Positions 45,009 to 57,660 of a stretch of 64,000 bases of DNA are shown piece by piece. The notes below the pieces were generated by a model. The model was not told the DNA's origin, did not search any database, and worked only from the letters and a program-made list of their open reading frames with translations. The stretch lies in NCBI RefSeq assembly GCF_026210795.1, contig NC_089432.1, positions 2,356,001 to 2,420,000 of the forward strand, given 5' to 3'. The DNA is from Rhizophagus irregularis (taxonomy: Eukaryota). Both the position numbers and the translations under genes were made by a program. Numbering within the stretch: the stretch's first letter is position 1; each line of letters begins with the position of its first letter.

Positions 45009-45399
45009 GTCTTTCGGTATGCTTCTTCATCAAGAAGTTACGGGAAAAATGTTCATTACATGTATATTTTTGCAAATCATTTACATCATAATTTTCATTA
45101 TTTTAAATATACATGTAATATTAAATGTTAATGAACATCATCAATGAGATTTTTATTGTGATGTGCAGCATAAAATAATAAATATTCAATGTACATCACT
45201 TTGCTACAATAAAAATATGATTACTAAATACTAATTCATTTTCTTCTATTTAACTATTATTTTATTTTTACAAAATCTGGGACTACAAGCATACATCAGT
45301 TAGCAGAACAAATTACAAAAATAATACAAAACTAAACTATTGCAAATTCGTCCAACCTCCTAAGCACTGGAAAAGGAGTTGCCCTGGCAATTATTCACA

Positions 45400-46365
45400 A
45401 AGAACCCTAGGCATGACCAGGCTAACTAACACCAGAAAGAGATATAATGAAAAAAAAAAGTGAATAAAAATATCGTGAAATATTGTGGCTATAAAGGTCC
45501 GTTGTTGTTTTTTATTTGATTTGAGAGTAAGTCATGTCCCAGTATAGGCGGGAAAATGATGGTTGCTATGGATTCAGCAGCTGAAACGTAAGATGTGTTG
45601 CTAACTGTAGTGTTGGATTCGTGATCAGAAGGTGGTGTCCTCTGAAAGAATATATTAAGATCATTTATCCTTGTTTGAGATTACATATTGCATGTCAGCT
45701 TTAAGTTGTTTGGTAACAATGTAACATCTTCCACAATGAAAGTGTGTTTCGCTTTGTAATGTTGATAGAGTTTGAAAGTACAGGTATAACCATAGTTATA
45801 TTGAGGTATGAAGCTGATGTCAAAATAGCGTCTAACTTTATAGTTAAAAAGGTTGATATTGTATGTGATTTAATAATATAATCGTCAGTTACCTTTGAAA
45901 TCAGGAGGTAAAGGTGGTAAAAGTTTTGCGTTTGCAAGTTCTACGTATCCAATTTTTCATTAGTTATTTGAATTTAGCATTAGCGTCCCATAAGTATTTG
46001 TAAATTGAAACCTGGGAGCCTGATAATTAATCTTCTCAGGTAGATGTTGAATTTGTTTAAAATGATAGGATCTGGTATCCTAGCCGATGGTTGTTTAATG
46101 ATAAAAGGTTTAATAAATCGGGATTGTTGTTCTTGACTAATAATGCTTCGTGTCAAGCGATTCCATCTTTCTATTTGTTGAGGTGAACGTATAACGTCAA
46201 AACGTAATGAGGAATATTGTTTGTAGTAAGGTCTGTGTATTGTAGAATGAAGAATCTGGTTTTTCTAGAGTACGATTATATTTTTTAATCAACCCGGTAT
46301 ACCCTATCAGCTGTACCAAGACGACTTGTTTGATGTGTTTTTGTTTTCTTTGACAGCATCAATAT
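45400..46365 (-). pseudogene. Degenerate ORF remnant of unknown family
   Basis: Coding-like composition with broken frames, lying antisense between intron arrays A and B. Confidence 0.3.
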
Positions 46366-46656
46366 TTAACTATTATTAACGTTCAGAGTCAAAATATTGA
46401 TCAGTATCACGTGATCAATTTGCCGATCGATCTTTTTTTTTTTTAATTCGATAAAAAAAAAAGTTTTTTTTAAGGTTCACTCCTCTTCTATAAATAAAAA
46501 AAGAGTTTTTTTTTGTTCGTTCACTGCTATGGCGCTCTCCATTATCCAGGTTGTTCCAACGAAGGGTGGGTCTGCCTGTTAGATTTTAGATCTATATACT
46601 TTATATTTAGTTTTCTATAATGTTTTCGTATTCTTTCTACTGTATCTGCCTTCTGA

Positions 46657-48210
46657 AGTAAAAATAAAAATAAAAAAAAAAGTTTTTTAAATTTTTCTCT
46701 TTTTGTAGATATCAGTCCTTTGGCTTTGGACTTCAGACATTAACTTCTCAGACTTTAGTTGGATTTCTCGACGTTAGGGTCTTCTTTTGTAGGTCGGCAT
46801 CTTGGGTAAGTTTTGAAAATTTAAATTTATTTTTATTTTTTTATTATTTTGTTTTTTTTTGATTTTTTTGATTTTTTTTGCAGGTATTGAACTTTCCAAA
46901 TTCTGAACGATATGATTGGTAAGTTTCGAAAGTTTAGTTTACTTTTGAAACTTTTTAATTTATTAAACTTTTTTTTTTCGGTCTTCTCCTTATTAGGTCT
47001 CTTAGGCTCCTTTCTTTACGTTTTCCTTTAGGTATGTGGGTTGGGAGTGTGAGTTTGTTTTGTGTGTGGGTAGCCTTTTTTTTGCAGGTATGGTAGATTG
47101 AGCTTCACAGACTTTATTTTTAAAAAAATTGTTTCTTTTTTCTTTCTTTACTTGATTTATCTTTTTTTTATAGGTATCGGTTGGTTTTGGCTTTGGGTCT
47201 TGGATCTGGTAAGTTTTAAGGCGAAAATTATGTATTTTTAAATATTTTTTTTTGTTTTTTTTTAAATTTTTTCTCTTTTTTTTTTGTAGGTATTAGTTAG
47301 TTCGGTTGTAAATCTTTGATCTGGTAGGTTTCGGGGGTGAAGATTTTTTGAAATTTTTTTTCTTTTTGTTTTCTTATTTTAATTTTTTACTCTTTTTTTT
47401 ACAGGTATCGGTTGATCCAGGTTGGAATTGGATGGTGAAGTTTCGAGATAACTTTATTTAATTATTTTTTTTTTAAACTTTTTATTTTTTCTAATTTCTT
47501 TTTTATTTTTTTTTTTTAGAAATCCAGCTCCTTTGGCAGTGTAATTCGGCAAGGTTCACTTCAAACCTTTGATTTTTAAATTTTTTTTGTAGAAATTAAA
47601 AATACAATCATCCTAGAAAATATTAAATCACCTCTTAATGAAAACGAAAAATTTGGAGAATTTAAATGAGGTAAATGAAGTAATTAATTTTCTTTTAAAA
47701 AAATTTTTTTTTTAATTTTATTTTTTTTGTAGAAATTTGGTTCTTTTGGCCTTAGGATTCGAGGTTGAATTTGGTAAGTTTCAAAGCAAATGCTTTGAAG
47801 CTTATATTTTTTATTTTAATATCTTTTTCTTAATTTTAATTTTCTTACTTTTTTGTAAATATCAGTGTATTAGGATCCAGAATTGAATTTAATTTTGGTA
47901 AGTTTATAGGTGTCATTTCAGGTTGTTTTCGTCATTATTTTTTTAAAAGTGAATTTTTTTGATTATTTTTTAGGTCTAGGTTTTTCAAAAATTCAGGCTG
48001 AACTTTCTGGAGGGTAAGTTTCGAAGTTTATTTCGAAACTTTTTTAAAGTTTTGTTTAATTTTGAAGAAACTAACCATTTCCTTTTTTTCGTTTATTTTG
48101 TAGGAATCGTCTTCAGTTTTTAGGTCAACTTTTTGGGTAAGTTTCAAAATTTTGCTTCGAAACAATTGAATTTTTTTTTAATTAATGTTTCTTGTTTCTT
48201 TTTTTTCAGC
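46657..48210 (+). other. Micro-exon/intron array B (roughly a dozen more diverged introns)
   Basis: Recurrent GTAAGTTT(C/T) donors and poly-T (G)TAG/CAG acceptors about every 110-130 nt. Confidence 0.65.
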
Positions 48211-48868
48211 TTCAGGCATATTCTTCTCTCAGTGGCATGGTAATTCTAGTGGACTTCTAAGAAAACGAAATACAAGGACTTTCTTTTTTCAAGATTATTC
48301 AACTTTGCGTTCAGGGTTCTTTTGTATTTCGATTTGATTTGACTTGGATTTTTTTTGTAGATACTAATTTCAACTTTGATTTTGCATTTATTTGGACTTT
48401 GATTTATCTTGGTTGGAACACAATACCCTTCGATTTTGTTATTTATTTACCTTTCGTTAGATGATGATGTAATTACCCTTTGATTTTGTTGTTTTTACCT
48501 TTGGATGTAATTATCTTTTTTACCTTTACACTTTGGGCATGATTACACTTTGATTTTATTGTTATTTACCTTTATTTTTTAAATATAATGTTTTATATTA
48601 GTTTACTAAGTAACGAAAAAAAAAAATTAATCATATTGTAAGCAATAAATTAATAGATTATAATAAATTTTGCGTAAATAAATCAATTAAAAAATAATGT
48701 ACATCGTTAATGGACATTGAAATTTGTTGATGCACATCAAATGTTGTGACATCAGTAGTACATTGCAGGGTCCGATGTTCAGCATTTCTTTATGATGTAC
48801 ATCAAGTGACCGATGTACATATGATGAACATTTTTCCTGTGACTTCCTGATGTTTGGGACTCGAAATG

Positions 48869-50235
48869 GTAAGTTTCGAAGCATATGCTTCAAAACTTTT
48901 AAACAATTTTTTTTAATATTTTAGGAAACGTTAACTAACGTTTCTTTATTTTACTTTTTGTAGGTTCCGGATGTTAGAATGGTAAAAACGACCCGGTAAG
49001 TTTTGCAATGTTGCATTGCGAAACTTATTTTTTTAATTTTTTTTTTAAAGAAATGATACTAACGTACGTTTCTTTTACTTTTTGTAGGTTAAACACTGAA
49101 GCTATGAGGGGAATTTATAAGGAATTATGTAAGAAATGTTTTACGTGTTTCTTCTGACTTATCAGGGCAAGGGAAAACTGAATGGATTAAAGAGAATAGT
49201 TTCAGTAAAGGGAAATTTATACGCAGCTTTTTAATAAGCGATGGTACCGGACGTTTGGATAATGGAAATAAAATGAACCGGTAAGTTTCGCAACATTGTG
49301 TTGCGAAACTTAATTTTTTATTTTTTTTTATTAAAAGAAACGTTAACTAACGTTTCTTTTTTACTTTTTGTAGGTTCCGGACATTAGAATAATGGAAACG
49401 AACCAGTAAGTTTTGCAATGTTACATTGCGAAACTTAATTTATTAAATTTTTTTTTTAAGAAACGTTAGCTAACGTTTCTTTTTTTTTAGGAACGCCGGA
49501 CAAAATTACGACCCAGACTTTGGGTGAAAGGTAAGTTTTTCATTTTTTTTTTGTATTTATTTATTAAATAACTTTTTTTTACGAAACGTTAATTAACGTT
49601 TCAGTTTTTTTTATAGATCACGGCTTCGCCTCCAGGACAAGATTTTGAAGGTATTACCTTCGAAATCAATTTTATTTTTTTTTTGTTTAAAGAAACGTTA
49701 GTAAACGTTTACTAGCGTTTCATTTATCTTTTTTTTTAGTTCATTTTCCGGTCACCTTCTAGAAGAATTTTGAAGGTAAATATAAAAACCTTTGAAATTC
49801 TTTCATTTTTTATTTTTTTTTATTACAATGAAACGTTTACTAACATTTCAGTTTTCACTTTTTAGGTTCCAGGGCACCATTTCAACATTTTGAAGGTATT
49901 AGAACTTCGAAATTATTGGATTTTTGTTATGTAATGAAACGTTATTTAAAGTTTCATTTATTTTTTGTTTTTTTTGTAGGTTAAAAGAATGGAAAAAATG
50001 AAAAGGAACGGGGAAAATGAAAGGGGAAAAGGAAAACGAAAGGTAAAGGTAAAGACAAAAGGGGAAAGAGAAGATGAAAGGGTTTGAAAGAGAAAATGAA
50101 AAGGGAAAGAGAAAGGGAAAAATGAAATGGAGCGGGAACAAAATGAACATTTCGAAGGTATACTTCGAAATGTTTTTTTATTTTGATTTTTTTTAATGAA
50201 ATGTTTCTAACGTTTCTTTTCTTTTTTTTTTGTAG
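48869..50235 (+). other. Micro-exon/intron array C (9 related introns)
   Basis: Donors near 48869, 48996, 49281, 49406, 49531, 49651, 49776, 49896 and 50158; GAAACGTT..(CT)AACGTTTC around the branch point. Confidence 0.75.
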
Positions 50236-50649
50236 GTTTTCACTGGCTTCTATTTCGGCACTGGACATTTGATACATAAATAAATTAGAGGTGCGGATTA
50301 TCCATGGATGGAACATCAGATATCTGATGAATATAGACCAATATAGATTCTCATCGCTAAATAATAATTGTGTATTTTTTAATAAATAATATAATAAATT
50401 ATAAATTATGTAAAATTATTAAATCAGTGTTTTAAATTGTCACAGTGTTTACACTAAATTGTTTAAAATTATTACTAAATTTCACTCAATTGTCCAAAAT
50501 TATTGCAAAATTGTCTCCGTAAATGTTGCATTTATACCGTTTACACTCAATTGTCCAAAATCGGTAAAAAATTTTTACTCAATTGTCCGAAATTATCCTA
50601 AATTCCACTAAATTATTCAAAAATTTAGCTAATATTTACCGAAAAAATG

Positions 50650-51345
50650 CAAAATTCACCACAATTTGCATTACATTTGCATAACATTGCCGAAAAAGTC
50701 ACCTAAATTTTCAACAATTTACATAACATTACTAAAAATATATTACAATTTACCACAATTTGCATTACGTTTGCATAAAATTACTAAAAATTTACTTAAA
50801 TTCACCACAATTTGCATTACGTTTACATAACATTACTAAAAATTTAACTAAATTCACCACAATTTGCACTTCATTTACATAACATTACTAAAAATTTACT
50901 TAAATTCACCACAATTTGCATTATGTTTACATAACATTACTAAAAATTTGACTAAATTCACCACAATTTGCACTTCGTTTACATAACATTACTAAAAATT
51001 TAACTAAATTTCACTACAATTTGCATTACGTTTGCATAAAATTACTAAAAATTTAACTAAATTCACCACAATTTGCATTACGTTTACATAACATTACTAA
51101 AAATTTAACTAAATTCACCACAATTTGCACTTCATTTACATAACATTACTAAAAATTTAACTAAATTCACCACAATTTGCATTACGTTTGCATAAAATTA
51201 CTAAAAATTTAACTAAATTCACCACAATTTTCATTACGTTTGCATAAAATTACTAAAAATTTACCTAAAATTCACCTCAATTTACATTACGTTTGCATAA
51301 AATTACTAAAAATTTAACTAAATTCATCACAATTTGCAAAGATTT
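50650..51345. repeat. ~52-bp tandem repeat (about 13 copies), subterminal array of the CACTA-like element
   Basis: aaattcaccacaatttgcattacgtttgcataaaattactaaaaatttaact repeated. Confidence 0.92.
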
Positions 51346-51589
51346 GCCTAAAATTTTCCACAATTTAATGATAATTTACTGAAAAATTTCTCAACATTTG
51401 AATTAGGAATTCTGTAGGAATTCCGCCATTTTGACAAAATTTGCCAAATTGTAAGACCTCCATTATCCCAAAATTGTAACACAATTTACCCCAATTTACC
51501 GGGATAATTCTCAATTTGCCAGAAAAATTCCAGGCAAATTTTGCGACAATGACATCTGTTCGACCTGTGATAGGTGGAGTGCTTCACAC

Positions 51590-52680
51590 AAAGTATATCC
51601 TTATTGAGTCCGGTCTGATGATCTTTTTGAGTCCAGTCATGTCAGTTTTTAGCACAGTCATGTGAATTTTGATGCAGACCAAATTTTTACTTTGATCAGA
51701 CTTCGCTACCATCGAACTGAGTTAATTATGCCAAGTCCTGTGATGTTGATCAATCGGACTGAACTAAATTTACATGACTAGGGATGGCAACGGTCGGTTA
51801 TGGTTGGTCATCAGTCAGTCATAACCAGTCAAGAACCTTTGACCGACCGACCGACCGTTTGACCGACCGGTCTGACTGACCAGTTAACCAACTGTTTAAC
51901 CGATCCTGAAAACGTTTGCGAAATGTAATTTAATAAAAAAATATTTGAAATACTTAATAAAAAATGTTTTCGCAATGTTTTCTATTAAAATAATTAAAAA
52001 AACGTTTGCGAAACATTTTTTTATTAAATTACGTTTCGCAAACATTTTCAGAATCGGTCAAACGGTCAGTCAAACGGTCGGTCAGAGGTCTTTGACCAAC
52101 CGATATCGGTCACGGTCATGACCAGTCATAACCAGTTAATGACCATGACCGTTGCCATCCCTATACACGACTGATAGTATTTAATATTATTATAAAATAA
52201 CATTAATATTAATATTAACATGAAAATTTTATAACTAACATTTGGTATTACTATTAGTGAATTAGTTGTAATATTATTTTTATTATTTTCAGTAATGTCA
52301 ATTACATCCATGTTTTTCTTTATAAAATCAAATACATGAAAAATTGAAAGAAATACTTTGCAAATTTCATTTGGAAGGCTTACAAATTTGAAATTATTAA
52401 TTAAAATTATTAATTATATAATATTAATGACATTATAATTATTCATTATGGTATAATATTAATATCTTATTAAATTAAAAAAATTTTTTTTTAATGACTC
52501 ATTATAAAGCGAATGGCAAAAAAAAAGCCCAGCTTTATAATTAATCGGTCCCAAGTGATTTTAAGTGGATCATCGGACCGCATGGTCCAAGGGTCTGGAC
52601 CCAAATCCACATGACTGTACTAAAAATTGACATGACTGGACTCAGAAAGATTATCAGACCGGACATTGTAAGGCATAACT
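51590..52680. mobile_element. Non-autonomous long-TIR element, MULE-like
   Basis: ~70-bp imperfect inverted ends (gtccggtctgatgatc... / ...gattatcagaccggac); GCTTCACAC duplicated at 51581-51589 and 52681-52689. Confidence 0.7.
51779..52163. mobile_element. hAT MITE, same family as 3466-4033
   Basis: TAGGGATGGCAAC TIRs; TSD TACATGAC/TACACGAC. Confidence 0.9.
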
Positions 52681-53183
52681 GCTTCACACGCACTATTCAA
52701 TATATTGTCTGTTAAACAGGGGTATACTATTGATGTAAACTAAATCGGATTATAAATAGCTACAATTAAAAAGTGATTAGACTCATTACAAAGAGAAATC
52801 TATATAAAAAGTGTTCGATAAATCCAAACAACTGGAAACAATTGTTGGGTGGTAATAGTATCTCCTTTGAGATATCAGATCAAACATTAAAGATTAGTAG
52901 TGTGATGAACTATCACAGTCCATATCAGAACTGGATGTACATCAAAGTTTTTATCTATATGTTTAGACTCAAAAAGGCCTAAATTAAAGGTGTTACTGGC
53001 ATTACACTTGTTCGGGCATAATTCAATAATCGTGTTTTCTACTGAAGTGTTATTGATATTTCGATATCATTTTACAGACAGTAAAGGTTTTACGTAGGTG
53101 AGACTAAAATCTTGATATTCTCGATTGAGCTCAGTGATTTGTGTGGGCATTTCACATTCTTTATGATGGTCGAGAATGGAAGT

Positions 53184-53506
53184 TAGTGTTTGGATCTGGA
53201 TAAAAACCGTTATCCAGATAAAATAATTACTCAATCCAGATAAAAACTTTAATTTTGTAAAAGGTGGAATTAAATCCAATTATCAACAAATTTGAGTACT
53301 ATGATCGTATTTGTAACACTAAGAGCTTTCAAACAAGCCATAAATCATAAAGTTCTGATCATTAGTTCATGAAATACAACAGTTTATCCAAAATCTGCAA
53401 TCCGGATAAAATCCGACAAAATCCGGATAAAACCGCAGTTTTTACCCGGATAATCGCACTTTATCCGGATTGACCCGAGTCAAACCGGATTCGGATCCAA
53501 ACACTA
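53184..53506. mobile_element. hAT MITE (second family)
   Basis: TIR TAGTGTTTGGATC; 8-bp TSD ATGGAAGT; CCGGATA repeats. Confidence 0.92.
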
Positions 53507-54336
53507 ATGGAAGTAAGTTTTTCATGGTATAAGTTAACGTAATGCATGAGTTTATTAATGGCGTATCTTCATTCATTTTGAGTATTTGTTGCGATCCGGT
53601 TGCCTGGTATTTCATAGTAAAAGAGATACCTTGACGTCTAGAAAATACTTATTTAACTTTATGTTCCTTCCAAGAATTAAAAAGTTGGTTAGCATAGTAA
53701 GACTTGGAAGAAAGTAAAGGAACTAGTGTTTCTATTGGCTTCTTAGTAAAAGTGTATCTTTCAAGATATTTCTGATGGATGATGTAAGCGCATCTGTCAT
53801 TCAACATTATGAAAGGACTAGGAACATTACACGTAAAGTGATGAATTGAGTGAATGTTTTCAGCCACCAGGTGATTGCAAAGTAAAATCTATAAAGTTTT
53901 ATAACTAAAGTTGAAAAAGGTTTGCGAAGACGTATTGTGACATTGTAGTTCTTGACCACGTGATAAGATTATATCAATTCTATCCAACAATTTTGAACGA
54001 ATGAGTCAACATTGTGCTTACTTGAAATTTGTCATTAGGAAAGCCACTCGTGGAGTTGTAGCTAATCGGGTAGTTTCATATGGTAATCATTTATGTGTAT
54101 CTTAAGATGAATATCATTGGTGCACTCATTTCGATCAAAAAAAGAAACTTTTGGATCTGCGGATTTCGTTGGAACTAGCCCGATTAGGTCTGGTCACATG
54201 AAATTTGTTAAACGAGACAAGGAATGTTTTCTTAATATTTGATAAGGGTTTTTTTTATGAGAAAAAAAAAAGTTGAGTTTTTAAGCACAACTGTCTTAAT
54301 AGCGGTATTAAAGTTCACCCTCATCTCTCTCAAAGG

Positions 54337-55032
54337 TGTTACCACCAATTTATGACGTTTGGTAGGTAGTAACAGAAAGAAAAATAAGGATCGGTTTATT
54401 AATGGTAAGGTAATATAACAATATATAACAATCAATCAGGTAAAAGTGTATATAAAAACAATTTATTATGCGATGTATATGAAAATCAATGATGTATAGT
54501 AAAAATCAACAAATATTAATAAATGATAATATTAGTAAACGATATTAGACGATGATAAACAATAACAATATGTGATAAAACGTGTATAAATAATTCGGAA
54601 GCAAATCGACAGGTTTATTCGTTAATAAAAAGAATACGATATTACTGCCTCAACCGGCGCTCTGTAATATCCCGATATCTATCTTATAACAATAAAACTA
54701 AACGAATTCAAACTGAACTATCTATCTTTCAACACTGGTCCTTTATATAACATTAAATTTTTTTGGACGATTCTGTCCTTCGGACATAATCATCTCCCGG
54801 CCAATATCGTTTCCCGGCCAATTGTGGCGATCTGGGCACATTTGTCTATACAGCCACTTGTATTCAGCCACTTTATATCGCTAAGCTTCCGCTTTTTATC
54901 TAATCTATAAACAACCAAAAACAACTACAAGTAATATAACTAAAAATAACAAAAAAAAATAAAAATAGAAATAAATAAAAATAAAAACAATAAAAATAAA
55001 AAAAATAGAAATAAAAAAAATATCCCGTGACA
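54337..55032. mobile_element. Solo LTR
   Basis: TGTTAC...GTGACA ends with 4-bp TSD AAGG. Confidence 0.82.
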
Positions 55033-55486
55033 AAGGTTCAAAAGTTAAAGAGGAGGTCTTTCCGTAGAGGCCACCAAGTGGTCCTCTCTCTTCAAGGATA
55101 AAAAGTGTTTGTTGGAAAATTAGTTTTTACTGCGGACTACTAACAAAAAAAACGGAAAGGGAAGAGTTTTTTTTTTCATTTTTAGGATTCTTCATATATT
55201 AACGTTATCTCACGTGACTTGCCGGCAAAATTATTCTCCAGGAATTGCTTATCGGTTGTTGTTTTAACCGGAATTTCGGAAATCTTTCCACTTGGATAAT
55301 TTTGTGACAGTTAACTTTGGCGTTCAGTGACATCATATTATTTATAAATAGTTAAATAGTTAAACAAAAAAAAAAATTATTATTTATAAATAGTTAAACA
55401 TAAATAGTGAGACAAAAAATATTTCTATTTTTTTTCAATTTTTAAATTTAAATTCCGCAGTAATAATTTTTTTTTCGTACCCAACA

Positions 55487-57660
55487 ATGTCTAATAGCGA
55501 TGAACATACTAGTAATTCAAACGATTGGAATGAATGGATTGAAGAAGCGATTTCTAAAAAACATATTAAATATTATGAATATGAAAAATTTTATAATATT
55601 CAAGAAATTGGTTCCGGTGGTTTTGGAAAAGTTTATCGTGCAAATTGGAAGAATTCTCATAAGCGTTATGCAATAAAATCTTTTTTTAATATCAATGATG
55701 CTGCAGTTAAAGCAATAGTTCATGAGGTAATTATAATGTCAAACATTTTTCATTATTATTATAAATATTTAAGTTTTTTGATGTAATAATTTATTTATTG
55801 ACTAGATTCAACTTCAACGTGAAGTTGATTTTCATGATAATGTTATTCGTTTTTATGGTGTCACAGCTTCTATTAAAGGTATGATATATTCTAATATTAT
55901 TTATTTCATAAAATACAATAATTAATTGATTAATAAAAATTTTTTTATTTTTTAAAGAAAACCAAAGAAAAGAATATTCGTTGGTGATGGAATATGCTGA
56001 AAATGGTACCCTCCGAAAATATTTGAAAGAAAATTTTGAAAATCTCACTTGGGACGATAAATTTAATTTTGCACTTCAATTGGTTTATGCAGTATCATGT
56101 TTGCATGATGAAGGGATCATGCACCGTGATTTGGTAAATATTTTACAATTTATTATGTGTTTTATTTTAATTATTCTCTTATTTTAACGTTAATATAATA
56201 TTGATAGCACTCCAATAACGTGTTAGTCCATCAGAATACTGTCAAGCTAGCAGATTTTGGCTTATCAAAAAGAATTGAAGAAACATCCAACTCTCAATCA
56301 AAAACATTTGGATTAATTCCTTACGTTGATCCAAAAAGTTTTAACAGAAGTGCAACAGAATTTTATTTATTAAATAAAAAAAGTGATGTTTACAGCGTTG
56401 GTGTATTATTGTGGGAAATATCCAGTTGTCAGCCTCCTTTTCACGGTCAACCATATGATGTTGGTTTGGCTATAAGTATTCTACAAGGCCTTAGAGAGAC
56501 ACCCATTCATGACACGCCTGAAGAATATATAAAAATTTATACTGGTAAATACAATTTAGACTATAACTTATATATTATATTATTTTAATTAATTAAAAAC
56601 GTTCTTTTTTTTTGTAGATTGTTGGAATATTGAACCTGATGATCGTCCAACTATTAATCAAGTAGTTGATGAATTAAAAGTGCTCATAACAAAAGAAAAC
56701 ATAATTATAAAAGATTTTCACTTACATAATGATACTAATAATGTCCAATCATCAAATAACCATCAACTGCCTGATTTAAATATTTCTGAAAGTATTAATT
56801 TATCACATGGAGAATTTTCTCAATTTATTCAAAATTTTGATATGATGAATACAAAAGAAATAGAATCTTCAGTATCATCGATTAACCAATTTGAGGATAA
56901 CTTTAATATAATAGTTAATAATATGTTCAATTTTTTTGATGATGATGATGTAGTTGGAAAACAAAAGGTTTTAAGTTATCTTAATGAACAAAATATAACT
57001 TTGCAAGAGATTAATAATTTATTATTAAATAATCAAAACAACTCAAATTCTATTTACTTACTTGGAAAATTTAATGACTTAGGAATTGGAATTGATGTTG
57101 ATAATGAAAAAGCATTGGAGTTATATCAAAAAGCAGCAGATTTAGGAAATGCATTAGGAATGAAAGATTTAGGATATTGTTATGCATATGAAACTGGAGC
57201 AGGTGTTATTGACAAGAAAAAAGCATTTGAATTGTGTCAAAAGGCAGCAGATTTAGGAAATTCATCTGGTATAAATAATTTAGGAGGTTTTTATTATAAT
57301 GGAATTGGAACTGATATTGATGTGAAGAAAGCATTTGAATTATATCAAAAGGCTGCAGATTTAGGGAATTCACTTGGAATAAATAATTTAGGATATTGTT
57401 ATCAATATGGAATTGGAACTGATATTGATGAGGAGAAAGCATCTGAATTATATCAAAGAGCTGCAGATTTAGGAAATAGTTCAGCTCAATATAATCTTGC
57501 TATTATGTATGAGAATGGAAATGGAATTATTAAAAGTATTGATGTTGCAATTTATTGGTACAAAAAATCGGCTGAGCAAGGAGATCAATTTGCTCAAAAT
57601 AAATTATGTATACTACTTGATAATGAGAAAATAAAGAAAAATTCATGTAAAGTAAATTAA
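55487..57660 (+). CDS. Tyrosine-kinase-like protein kinase with Sel1 repeats, 5 exons (55487-55726, 55806-55878, 55958-56133, 56208-56544, 56618-57660), ~622 aa
   Basis: GSGGFG, AIK, HRDLHSNN, DFG, SDVYSVG, CW..RP; about five Sel1 repeats (KAFELYQKAADLGN); exon phases sum to one open frame. Confidence 0.95.

Larger units (their letters stand above)
36541..51569. mobile_element. Large non-autonomous CACTA/EnSpm-like element
   Basis: Termini CACAGGTCGAA / TTCGACCTGTG with further CATTGTC match, 3-bp ATA flanks, subterminal repeat arrays at both ends; no transposase seen. Confidence 0.7.

Noticed and set aside
50650..51345. CRISPR-like array
   Set aside because: Head-to-tail repeats with no unique spacers, no cas genes and a eukaryotic context; the same applies to the 185-bp and 92-bp arrays.
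52770..54000. Possible decayed LINE ORF2 fragment; similar unassignable remnant at 60050-60700
   Set aside because: Composition is coding-like but no diagnostic motif can be read.
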